From assembly GCF_041006045.1 (NCBI RefSeq), contig NZ_CP163133.1: 24,000 nucleotides of DNA. One strand, written 5' to 3'. The DNA comes from Escherichia coli. Its GTDB lineage: Bacteria > Pseudomonadota > Gammaproteobacteria > Enterobacterales > Enterobacteriaceae. This document shows, piece by piece, positions 7,654 through 15,981 of this stretch. The position numbers and the translations under genes were made by a program. Under the pieces are notes generated by a model, which worked only from the letters and a program-made list of their open reading frames with translations, searched no databases and had not been told where the DNA came from. Within the stretch, counting starts at the first letter, position 1; the number at the start of each line of letters is the position of its first letter.

Positions 7654-9792
7654 ATGGACATTGAAATACGCCACTGCAATAACATCGTACGAGCACATAT
7701 CACCCTCACTGCCGATAAACTGAACATTAAGTTTGCGCCAAATGGTACTGGAAAAAGTACGCTGTCACGGGCCATAAGCTGTGCGGCGCGGGACGACATT
7801 CAGGGACTACAGGCACTGATGCCCTTCCGGCTGCGCGGAGAAAACCCCGATAGCACCGGGCCCATTGTCATCGGTGCTGACGGGATTGGGGACGTGATGT
7901 GCTTCAACGAGGAGTACGTCAGTCAGTTTACGTTCCAACCGGACGAGCTCATCAGTGATAGCTTTAATATTCTTATCCGCAATCAAGCCCATGCGGAAAG
8001 AGAGCGTGAAATAGAAGAAATGACGCAAAAGATCCGGGCTGTTTTCACGGATCACACTGAGCTGAACTCTCTGATAGACCATCTACAGGAACTCAGTAAT
8101 GCTTTCAGATCAACCAGTTCCGGGATTTCACGTTCTTCAACCGGCATGAGAGGTCTGTCAGGCGGAAATAAAATACACCACATTCCGGCTGGTCTTGAGA
8201 ACTATCAACCCTACATCCGCAGTGAACGCCGCGTGGAATGGATTGACTGGCAGACAAAGGGACTCGAGTTTTCGCCCCTTTCGGATGGCTGCTGTCCGTT
8301 CTGTACCGGTGATATCACGGGAAAGGAAGCACAAATTCGCCAAGTCAGAGAGGAATACGATAAATCCACCATTAAAAACCTGACCGCTATCATCAGACTG
8401 GTGGAAAACCTCGGTAATTACCTGACGGAGAGCGCCAGAGAACGCCTTCTGGCCATTACTATGCTTCAGAACGGTCCGGAAGCCGAACATATCGAGTACC
8501 TAGTGGCGTTGAAACGCCAGACCGATACGCTGACAGAGAAACTCACTGCGCTGAGAGGCCTGAATGTTTTCAGCCTGCAGGAACAGCAGAACGTTCGGGA
8601 GGTGCTCACTGCCAGGTTGATTGACCTGCAGTTCTTCCCTGATCTGCAATCCGAACTCATGCAGGGGATCACCGACAGACTGAACGCGGCCCTTATGGAC
8701 CTGATAAACCTTGCCGGACCGCTGCAGGGAAAAATTAACCGGCACCGGGACAGCATGATCCGGCTGATCGCACAGCACAAAACAAACATCAATAATTTCC
8801 TCACTTATGCAGGCTATAAATACAGGGTGGATATAGCCGGCGAGGGAGAGCAGAGAAAACTCAGGCTACGACACATAGATTTTGACGGGTACGTCAGCGG
8901 CGGTAGCCAGCATCTCAGCTATGGAGAACGGAACGCCTTTGCGATTGTGTTATTCATGTATGAATGCCTGTCAAAAAACCCGGGACTGATTATCCTTGAT
9001 GATCCCATATCTTCTTTTGATAAAAACAAGAAGTTTGCCATTCTTGAAATGCTGTTCAGACGTGCAAGTGGTGAATGCCTGAAGAACCGGACTGTACTTA
9101 TGCTGACGCATGACGTGGAGCCTGTGATTGACACGCTGAAGTCAGTCAGAAGGTTGTTCAGTAATCAGGTGACCGCCTCCTGCCTGCGCCTGTCTGCTGG
9201 AGTCATAGAAGAATTACCTGTTAACGACGGCGATATCATGACATTCATGCAGATCTGCAAATCCATCACCGCGTCAGCAGACTGTGAGGAGATCATTAAG
9301 CTCATCTATCTTCGTCGCTACTTTGAAATCGTTGACGAACGTGGTGATGCTTATCAGCTTCTATCCAATCTATTCCATCGACGCGTCGTCCCGCTGGATT
9401 ATCGCGAGCCTGCCGCTGCGGGCTCGGGCTATCCCAAAATGGCTCCTGAGAAAATTCAGCAGGCCTTGCGGGATATCCGGGAGTATGTGGACAGTTTTGA
9501 TTACCCGCGACTTCAGGCTCTCGTCAGCAGCCCAGATGAAATAAAAAACCTGTACCGTCGCTGTCGTAACGGCTATGAAAAACTGCAGGTATTCCGTTTA
9601 CTGGAACTGGATCAGGACCATCCGGTAATACGAAAATTCGTTAACGAAACGTACCACATTGAAAATGAGTTCATCTGTCAACTAGATCCGTCCAGATTCG
9701 ATCTCATCCCGGAGTACGTGATTATGGAATGTGACAAGCTCATCGCCCTGCCACCGGCAGCAAACCAGAGCTCGGTTGCCCGTATCGCTTGA
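7654..9792 (+). CDS. AAA_13-type (RloC/PrrC/RecF-like) ABC ATPase with CPFC motif, putative defence protein
   Basis: 712 aa. Walker A FAPNGTGKSTLSRAI, CPFC at residues 214-217, ABC signature LSYGERNAFAIVLFMYE, Walker B GLIILDDPISSFD, H-loop LMLTHD. Confidence 0.8.
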   Translation: MDIEIRHCNNIVRAHITLTADKLNIKFAPNGTGKSTLSRAISCAARDDIQGLQALMPFRLRGENPDSTGPIVIGADGIGDVMCFNEEYVSQFTFQPDELISDSFNILIRNQAHAEREREIEEMTQKIRAVFTDHTELNSLIDHLQELSNAFRSTSSGISRSSTGMRGLSGGNKIHHIPAGLENYQPYIRSERRVEWIDWQTKGLEFSPLSDGCCPFCTGDITGKEAQIRQVREEYDKSTIKNLTAIIRLVENLGNYLTESARERLLAITMLQNGPEAEHIEYLVALKRQTDTLTEKLTALRGLNVFSLQEQQNVREVLTARLIDLQFFPDLQSELMQGITDRLNAALMDLINLAGPLQGKINRHRDSMIRLIAQHKTNINNFLTYAGYKYRVDIAGEGEQRKLRLRHIDFDGYVSGGSQHLSYGERNAFAIVLFMYECLSKNPGLIILDDPISSFDKNKKFAILEMLFRRASGECLKNRTVLMLTHDVEPVIDTLKSVRRLFSNQVTASCLRLSAGVIEELPVNDGDIMTFMQICKSITASADCEEIIKLIYLRRYFEIVDERGDAYQLLSNLFHRRVVPLDYREPAAAGSGYPKMAPEKIQQALRDIREYVDSFDYPRLQALVSSPDEIKNLYRRCRNGYEKLQVFRLLELDQDHPVIRKFVNETYHIENEFICQLDPSRFDLIPEYVIMECDKLIALPPAANQSSVARIA

Positions 9793-9892
9793 GCCACTGT
9801 TTTTGCCGCCGGAAGATAGGCTTTAGCTCCCTGATAGTCTGATCTTCGAAGATACCCTACAGTTTAGGACCGCTTACTGTAGATATCTGTTA

Positions 9893-9916
9893 AAACAGCC
9901 CGTATACGGGCTGTTT
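9893..9916. terminator. Bidirectional hairpin between convergent ATPase and vapC genes
   Basis: Perfect 24-nt palindrome AAACAGCCCGTATACGGGCTGTTT. Confidence 0.65.
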
Positions 9917-9953
9917 CTTGGTGCCCTTATCTCCTGACTTTGAAAAGAGTGTC

Positions 9954-10370
9954 TTACTTCACCCAGTCTTCCAGCACCAGGTCAGGCACTCGCTCAAATT
10001 CTCTTGTATTATTCGTTACCAGTATCGCCCCGGCGGCGATGGCGTGCCCGGCAATCGCCGTGTCGTTCGGGCCGATCGGCGTCCCGGCCAGCCGCAGTGC
10101 CACTTTAATCTTCGTGGTGGCGTCTACTGCGGCGCGATCCCAGGGCAGGATGGCATCGAGGCGGGCGCAGAATTCATCGACCAGTTGGACGTGACGTGGT
10201 GAGGCCTTTGGGCCGGTAGCCCCGAAGCGCATTTCAGAGTAGGTGATGGCCGAGACCACTATACGGTGGCCGCGTAGCACCGCCTGCTCCAGACGCTTCA
10301 GGACGGCTTCTGGCTGTTCACGCATGATGAACGAGCAGATACAGGTATCAAGCATATAAGTCTTGTTCAC
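9954..10370 (-). CDS. vapC: VapC PIN-domain toxin (tRNA(fMet)-specific endonuclease type)
   Basis: YMLDTCICSFIMREQPEAVLKRLE...VVSAITYSEMRFG...GTPIGPNDTAIAGHAIAAGAILVTNNTREFERVPDLVLEDW. Confidence 0.95.
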   Translation of the reverse strand: MNKTYMLDTCICSFIMREQPEAVLKRLEQAVLRGHRIVVSAITYSEMRFGATGPKASPRHVQLVDEFCARLDAILPWDRAAVDATTKIKVALRLAGTPIGPNDTAIAGHAIAAGAILVTNNTREFERVPDLVLEDWVK

Positions 10371-10597
10371 AGGTTAAATCGCCCTTCGTCGCTGACAACA
10401 TCCTCGCGCTCCGCCATAAAATCTGGATCGGCTTTTTCGTACTCTAGGAATGATCCCCAGGTTGGCCGGACGGGGCGCAGGATGATGCTGTCCCCTTCCC
10501 GGACGATCTCGAGCTCGCTCACCCCCTCAAAATCCAGATCACGAGGCAGACGGATGGCGCGGTTGTTGCCATTTTTGAATATCGATACGGTTCTCAT
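10367..10597 (-). CDS. vapB: VapB antitoxin (AbrB/SpoVT-type DNA-binding)
   Basis: MRTVSIFKNGNNRAIRLPRDLDFEGVSELEIVREGDSIILRPVRPTWGSF; 4-nt overlap with vapC. Confidence 0.94.
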   Translation of the reverse strand: MRTVSIFKNGNNRAIRLPRDLDFEGVSELEIVREGDSIILRPVRPTWGSFLEYEKADPDFMAEREDVVSDEGRFNL

Positions 10598-10613
10598 GTT
10601 TTTTCTCTCCCGA

Positions 10614-10745
10614 GCATATGGATATGTGAAACATATCCGGAATATTCAAAGCACCGGGTGTGTGCATATGTTTAGTATAGGCAGATGTGTGGCATATGTA
10701 TAGCGGTAGCATATGTAGATGCCAGGCATATGTTTAGCATATCTC
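10614..10745. repeat. Cluster of GCATATG(T) repeats upstream of vapB
   Basis: CATATG at 10615, 10665, 10693, 10710 and 10727; the last three are spaced exactly 17 bp; CATATC at 10738. Confidence 0.7.
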
Positions 10746-10892
10746 TATTTCTTTCTTTTTTATCGGAGATCCGAAAAAAGGTTAAGTCTGATCTTAATGA
10801 AATTACATGGAATTTGAGTGATATCCCTTACCCCACATCTCCAACGTGCTATCTATAAAGGTTGATACATCTCACTTAGTCCGGAGGTTGTT

Positions 10893-11183
10893 ATGAGCGT
10901 CAAAATCACAGGTTTAGACAAAATGCAGAAACAGCTAAAAGAGGTTGAGAGAGCAACAGAGGCATTAAACGGAAGTTATGATGTCCACTTCGATGCTAAC
11001 GATCCTGTCAGCATTGAGAACGCGATTCAGGAAGCCTATTCCATGGTGTACGAACGCGCTTCTGGTTATGCCACTAATCCGATGGTCAGCCCATTAATCG
11101 AACACATGAAAGAAAATCTGCGCCAACAGATTCTGGACAGAGCAGAACAACAAAGACAGGAGAGCGGGCAGGATGGCAATTGA
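10893..11183 (+). CDS. Hypothetical protein (96 aa), upstream partner of TIR-domain gene
   Basis: CCGGAGG Shine-Dalgarno 5' of ATG; overlaps the next gene by 11 nt. Confidence 0.75.
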   Translation: MSVKITGLDKMQKQLKEVERATEALNGSYDVHFDANDPVSIENAIQEAYSMVYERASGYATNPMVSPLIEHMKENLRQQILDRAEQQRQESGQDGN

Positions 11184-12072
11184 TATCTTTCAGTCACTTA
11201 AAAATTGCGTATTCGACCTTCAGCGCGCTGACGTTCAGAACTATCAGCAACCTCTTAAGCAATTGGCCCGGCTCTTGAACTCAGAGAATCTGCAGTCAGT
11301 TAATGCACATCTGACCCGCAATGTTGAACTTGATACCTTTCTGGCCAGGAGTGAAGATACTGAATCCAGCATGGCTGGTTCCGCTGTTCTACAGTGGCCT
11401 GATGAGCCCGCTGATATTTTGGGCCTGAAGTTGCTGCTGATCGAGAAAATGGCAGACGATAACAATTTTTCCTTTAATTTCTGTCATACATTTTTCTATG
11501 ATCGAAACATTATTGAATCCATTCGAAAATTCACGTCGTCATTAGTTGCCCCGTTCGTGCGCGATTACCAGTTGTATGTGGAAAACCAACACGATCCTGA
11601 GCCTGCAGTGTTTCGGCCGGTTTCCCGAAAAATTTTTATTGTTCATGGCCATGATAATGATGCCCTTCAGTCTGTTGCCCGTTTTATATCCCGGATAGGT
11701 CTTGAGGAAATCATTCTTTCAGAACGTCCTGACGGCTCCAGGACGATTATCGAGAAATTTGAAGCAGAGTCAGGGGATGTCAGTTTTGCCATCGTGCTGA
11801 TGACGCCCGACGATAGCGGCAGTGCTCTGGCATCTGAAAGCACACGTCTCCGCGCACGCCAGAATGTCCTGTATGAGCTCGGATATTTCGCCGGGAAGCT
11901 TGGACGCGGGAAAGTACTTGTACTCAGGAAGGGAGATATCGAAATCCCTTCAGATCTTGCCGGGGTTCTCTATACCGAGCTTGATGAGCATGGTGGATGG
12001 AAACGCAAACTGCTGAGTGAGCTTGCGTATGCCGGTGTTCCTTTTGACAAGGATAAAGCATTAAGCGCCTGA
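11173..12072 (+). CDS. TIR-like nucleotide-binding protein (PF10137, CAP12/Pycsar-effector TIR type)
   Basis: C-terminal half: RKIFIVHGHDNDALQSVARFISRIGLEEIILSERPDGSRTIIEKFEAESGDVSFAIVLMTPDD...RARQNVLYELGYFAGKLGRGKVLVLRKGDIEIPSDLAGVLYTELDEHGGWKRKLLSEL. Confidence 0.88.
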   Translation: MAIDIFQSLKNCVFDLQRADVQNYQQPLKQLARLLNSENLQSVNAHLTRNVELDTFLARSEDTESSMAGSAVLQWPDEPADILGLKLLLIEKMADDNNFSFNFCHTFFYDRNIIESIRKFTSSLVAPFVRDYQLYVENQHDPEPAVFRPVSRKIFIVHGHDNDALQSVARFISRIGLEEIILSERPDGSRTIIEKFEAESGDVSFAIVLMTPDDSGSALASESTRLRARQNVLYELGYFAGKLGRGKVLVLRKGDIEIPSDLAGVLYTELDEHGGWKRKLLSELAYAGVPFDKDKALSA

Positions 12073-12093
12073 TCTCCTTCATTTAGTAAGAAA

Positions 12094-12112
12094 AAGGCCG
12101 CTAAGCGGCCTT
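12094..12112. terminator. Bidirectional intrinsic terminator between convergent TIR and KAP genes
   Basis: AAGGCCGC-TAA-GCGGCCTT, 8-bp perfect stem, flanked by A-tract and T-rich tail. Confidence 0.75.
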
Positions 12113-12121
12113 AATTTTTGG

Positions 12122-14347
12122 TCAGTCGTCATTTTCCAGCGCTGTTTTGAGCGCTTCCTGCTCCGGAGTCAGCTCGTTGCCGGACAGCATAACCTTCAAC
12201 TTCTCTTCGACTGCTGGCCAGTCATCAAAGAACGGACTGACCTGGTCACGCGCAATCCGGCGATATGCCCCTCGGTGGGAGCTGAAGACACTGGTCTGTA
12301 ATCGTATCAACAGGTTAACAAGGCCTTCATCAGTGGTAGTAACTTCTCTGACCCATTGCTTCACGGTTTCACCTGAACTCATGTCTCTCCAGGCGTAGAG
12401 ATACCCGAGAAGAGACTTGCGCAGGAGAAGCTGTTGCTGAAGTTCTGGTTGATTCATACGTTCCGCAAACCTGTCACGCAACCGTTCCGTAATATCGCGA
12501 CTGAAAAGAGCGTCTGAAGGCGAAGGTACTGCATTCTGAGCAAGTCCATGTTCCCAGATAAGATCCCGCATAAAATCGGCTATCCAGAACGGCGAAGCAC
12601 CCGTAACGATCAGTTTTTCCATAAGCGTGATCGTTCTGGTCTCATCAATATCCTGCATATGCTTCAGCAGATGCCGTACAACCTCATTAATGGCCATTTC
12701 ACGCAGGGAAAACCATGGGTTACGGATACTGAAGCGAGTGCTCACCTCATCGGTGTGATCGAAGAAAAAATGAACCAGTCCTGCGCACTCTTCGAAATTA
12801 CGTTCTCTTATCAGGCCTGGAGTCAGTCTGCTCAGTATATGTTCAAACCAGGTTCCGGACAGACTGCCCACACTGTTGATTTTTGAGAGCAGCAATTCAG
12901 AAAGCTGCTGCTGTTTTTCCGATACGCCAGCCTGTTCAAAAAGCTGTCTGAAGAATTCAGGTGGCAGAACATTCTGTGGTGAGGAGAAGGCAAAATAATA
13001 TCGCCAGTGCGTCAGGCTGCTGAGTCGTTTACCGGTCGTCTGGATATGACGAAAATCCTCACTGACGGGCTCAAAAAGATTCAGATATTCATCATTATGT
13101 CCACTGATACCTGGGATCCAGTCTGCAAGTGTCAGAAACGAGTCTGCATTTGATGCCCTGAACGTCTTCATACATCTGATAAGCCCCTCCCGGAAGTCTG
13201 CTTTCTCTCCGTCAGAAAGCATACCCTGACCGGTTTCAATCACGGACCGTTCTGTCAGGTAATGCTCTGTCCAGTCATACAGAGCCGGGTTTGTCACCCG
13301 TATAAGCTGAAGCAGGCACAAATCAGGGAAATAAACAAAATCCCGCATCCCCGGATAAAGAAAAATCAGGGAATTAATGGCCTGATGGATTTCCCGTGGC
13401 GTCGAAAGTGCGGCACCATAGGTATCAGTCACCGCGATGAGATCCCTTACCATTCCAGAGTCTGGCGGTTGATTATTAATTTGCTGATATAGAGCCTCAG
13501 CCCGCTGGCGAAATTCATTACGTAAATCAAAGGCTTCAGGTCGGGGTAATTTAAAACTAAGCTGAATGATTTTCTGGAGATAACGGCTGCCATCTTCGAT
13601 ATTCAGCGCATGTTCAACGGCATGAGTGATAATCTGCCTGTCATAACAGAGAATATGGGTAAAGCGGGGCAGATCGGCTACTGCACGCACAAGCCTGAAC
13701 ACTTCCGCCACCTGGGATGGCTCCAGTCGGTCCAGATCATCCATGACAACAATGAACTTCAGATCCAGACTCACCAGTTGTCCTGCAATTTCAGCCCGAA
13801 GCTTTGTCGTGGTTTTCTGATCAACAGCCAGACGGCTGTCTGAAAATACCTTTATTCCGCCTGCTATCCAGTTAATAATGCTGGAAAACTGTCCGATATA
13901 TTGAACCAGTGGAAGGACGCGCGATGAAGTATCCTGAGCATACTCAATCACTTTTTGAGCTTCCGGTGACAACAGATATTTACGCCAGAGCTTTTTGAAG
14001 CCCTTCGGGGGATAGCGTATTTCCATTTCCTGCTGGATAACCGTGGCAACCGGAAGAAAGAGCGCTTCAACCGGACTGCCGCCACTCAGCCAGGGAGAAA
14101 TATGCAGCACATGCGTGTGAGCATCTTTTTTCAGGGCAAGGTTTCTCAGGATCAGATTAAGGAGGCTTGTTTTACCCGATCCCCATGCACCTTCTATTCC
14201 GACAACATTTGAAGCCTCCAGAGGAAGAGTAAGGATGGAACGGGATATATTTTCTGCGATATTACCGAAACCGTATCGATCCTCAGGTACATCTTCAACT
14301 GCCGCATCAAGCCCTTTCTGGTTCCACAGCTGCCTCAGTATCTTCAT
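12122..14347 (-). CDS. KAP family P-loop NTPase, PifA-like (phage exclusion candidate)
   Basis: 741 aa. Walker A VVGIEGAWGSGKTSLLNLIL, KFIVVMDDLDRLEPSQVAEVFRLVRAVADLPRFTHILCYDRQ, typical KAP_NTPase motifs; ATG is 1 nt downstream of the RHH gene stop. Confidence 0.87.
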   Translation of the reverse strand: MKILRQLWNQKGLDAAVEDVPEDRYGFGNIAENISRSILTLPLEASNVVGIEGAWGSGKTSLLNLILRNLALKKDAHTHVLHISPWLSGGSPVEALFLPVATVIQQEMEIRYPPKGFKKLWRKYLLSPEAQKVIEYAQDTSSRVLPLVQYIGQFSSIINWIAGGIKVFSDSRLAVDQKTTTKLRAEIAGQLVSLDLKFIVVMDDLDRLEPSQVAEVFRLVRAVADLPRFTHILCYDRQIITHAVEHALNIEDGSRYLQKIIQLSFKLPRPEAFDLRNEFRQRAEALYQQINNQPPDSGMVRDLIAVTDTYGAALSTPREIHQAINSLIFLYPGMRDFVYFPDLCLLQLIRVTNPALYDWTEHYLTERSVIETGQGMLSDGEKADFREGLIRCMKTFRASNADSFLTLADWIPGISGHNDEYLNLFEPVSEDFRHIQTTGKRLSSLTHWRYYFAFSSPQNVLPPEFFRQLFEQAGVSEKQQQLSELLLSKINSVGSLSGTWFEHILSRLTPGLIRERNFEECAGLVHFFFDHTDEVSTRFSIRNPWFSLREMAINEVVRHLLKHMQDIDETRTITLMEKLIVTGASPFWIADFMRDLIWEHGLAQNAVPSPSDALFSRDITERLRDRFAERMNQPELQQQLLLRKSLLGYLYAWRDMSSGETVKQWVREVTTTDEGLVNLLIRLQTSVFSSHRGAYRRIARDQVSPFFDDWPAVEEKLKVMLSGNELTPEQEALKTALENDD

Positions 14348-14348
14348 A

Positions 14349-15440
14349 TTACAGATCTCCGTACAGGCAGCGCAGCCCGGTCAGGGCCTCCGCCAGCGGG
14401 CCTTCTTGACACCGCGTGGCGAGCTCCCGGACCAGCGTCTCAAAGGCCTCCGCCGGCATAAAAATCCGCAGGCCGTCTATCCCGAAGAAGCCCTCCGGCG
14501 TGACGTTTCCGGGCGGGGAGAACATCACTCGCTCCCCCTGGTGACCGTGCGTCAGGGCTTCCGGATGCCGGGCATACAGCGTGAACAGGCCCAGCAGTTC
14601 GGATAACGCTTCCCAGCCGTACGGCACCACGAAGTCCTGGCCGGTGATCAGCAGGTGCAGACGGGGTGTGGTGTACCAGGCCCCCGGGCGTTCTCCGGGG
14701 TGCTGGCCGTCAACGCGGATCTCCAGGCGCAGCGTGCCGGCCTCAATGGTTTCCGTGACGGCAGAAATAACCGGGCGCAGCTCCTGTGCCAGCGTTCTTG
14801 CCTGTTCTGTGTTCCAGTCCAGGCCGCGCAGCATCAACGGGAAAACAGCTTTCAGCCGCGGCAGGGTGAAGATTTCTGCCAGCACCGCGTCCGGCACCTC
14901 CGCCAGGCCAAAACAGTCGCTCTCGAGCGGACGCAGGAGGTGTTCGGCATACATCTGATCCACCACGGGGCGCAGCGCTGCCCGGAAGGCTTCAAACTCT
15001 TCCGTCCAGTTTTTCCCGGCCAGGCGGAAAATCCCCTTCAGGTAGTGACCGTCCACAGGGCGATCGTGCTCCACCTGCCAGGCCAGCAGGTTGCCAGTGA
15101 TGTCCAGCAGCGTGTCCAGGGCCGGGAGTGTGGCCAGCCTATTATGCCCGCGCAGGAAGGCCTCCCTGACGTGAACCAGGACAAAGCGCAGTTCGTCGCG
15201 GGAGAGCGCTGACGTGCCGAAGGTCTGGCCCAGAATGATATGCCGGTACAGCTGCCGGACCGTGGCCTCCGGATCGGCAATGAGCTGAAAATACCCGTCA
15301 CCGGGCGCGACCGTTTTCAGGCCGTCATCGAGGAAGCGTTCGGCTAGGGCGTTGACCGAAGTATTTTCCCGACCGGCACGCGTTTTCAGCGCCTCGATAA
15401 GTTTTTTGTGAAAACGCAGGTTAAGCTGGCTTAGCATCAT
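14349..15440 (-). CDS. Ribbon-helix-helix (HicB/Arc-like N-terminus) plasmid protein, possibly PifC-like repressor
   Basis: 363 aa; N-terminus MLSQLNLRFHKKLIEALKTRAGRENTSVNALAERFLDDGL is RHH; long unassigned C-terminal region; high GC. Confidence 0.75.
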   Translation of the reverse strand: MMLSQLNLRFHKKLIEALKTRAGRENTSVNALAERFLDDGLKTVAPGDGYFQLIADPEATVRQLYRHIILGQTFGTSALSRDELRFVLVHVREAFLRGHNRLATLPALDTLLDITGNLLAWQVEHDRPVDGHYLKGIFRLAGKNWTEEFEAFRAALRPVVDQMYAEHLLRPLESDCFGLAEVPDAVLAEIFTLPRLKAVFPLMLRGLDWNTEQARTLAQELRPVISAVTETIEAGTLRLEIRVDGQHPGERPGAWYTTPRLHLLITGQDFVVPYGWEALSELLGLFTLYARHPEALTHGHQGERVMFSPPGNVTPEGFFGIDGLRIFMPAEAFETLVRELATRCQEGPLAEALTGLRCLYGDL

Positions 15441-15773
15441 CGATCCTTTAATGTTTGTTTTGTTCTTAATGCTAACCTAGCATTTTATTATTAGCTATTA
15501 ATCAGTTTTTTAGTTTTTGAAAATTGTGATGCTTCTAAAATTGAGGATTTTAATGCTACAACAATGCCTGCCTCTTCTTATTTCTCCGGAGATCCGAAAA
15601 CCCCAGGTTACGGATCTTCCTCTCCCCCCACACAACGCCACCTCCTGTCAGCACAACATGTGGTATCTCATTCAGCTGCTCATGACACTATATGTTGTGT
15701 CATCTCCCTGACCTGTGATGCGCCGCGCAGGGGCGGAAAACAGCGATATGATTATTTTCTCAGCGTGGTACAC

Positions 15774-15802
15774 TTCCGGAAAGTTGTGATATTCCGGAAA
15801 GT
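15774..15802. repeat. Direct repeat pair TTCCGGAAAGT, 18-bp periodicity
   Basis: 15774-15784 and 15792-15802 identical 11-mers, each containing palindromic TTCCGGAA. Confidence 0.6.
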
Positions 15803-15981
15803 CGGATCTGACGGAAACGGCTCTCCGGTAATTTAACTGCGTTTCTATATGGCTACTTATTATTTCAGTATGTGAAATTCATTTTTTGTGAAAGTCACTG
15901 TTCTCAACAGAGTGGCACTCATCTGGCGATGATTGAGGTGTGGTAAAATTGCACGGCTAACTATTCAACTGAGGAAAGGAC

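Noticed and set aside
7430-7696. 88-aa minus-strand ORF upstream of the AAA_13 gene
   Set aside because: Overlaps the start of the well-supported 7654 gene and shows no family signal.
9918-10202. Plus-strand ORFs at 9918 and 9940
   Set aside because: Antisense to vapC and starting within or near the terminator palindrome.
10614-10745. CRISPR array
   Set aside because: The repeats are 6-8 bp at 17-bp phasing with no long repeat/spacer organisation or cas genes.
11173-12072. CBASS/Pycsar system
   Set aside because: TIR domain type fits, but no CD-NTase or adenylate/uridylate cyclase gene is present in the window.
12122-14347. Qat system (QatA is a KAP-type ATPase)
   Set aside because: No QatB, QatC (QueC-like) or QatD (TatD-like) gene is adjacent; the partner is an RHH protein.
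14235-15301. Several overlapping ORFs (14235, 14581, 14655 plus strand; 15038 minus strand)
   Set aside because: High-GC shadow ORFs of the 363-aa RHH gene.
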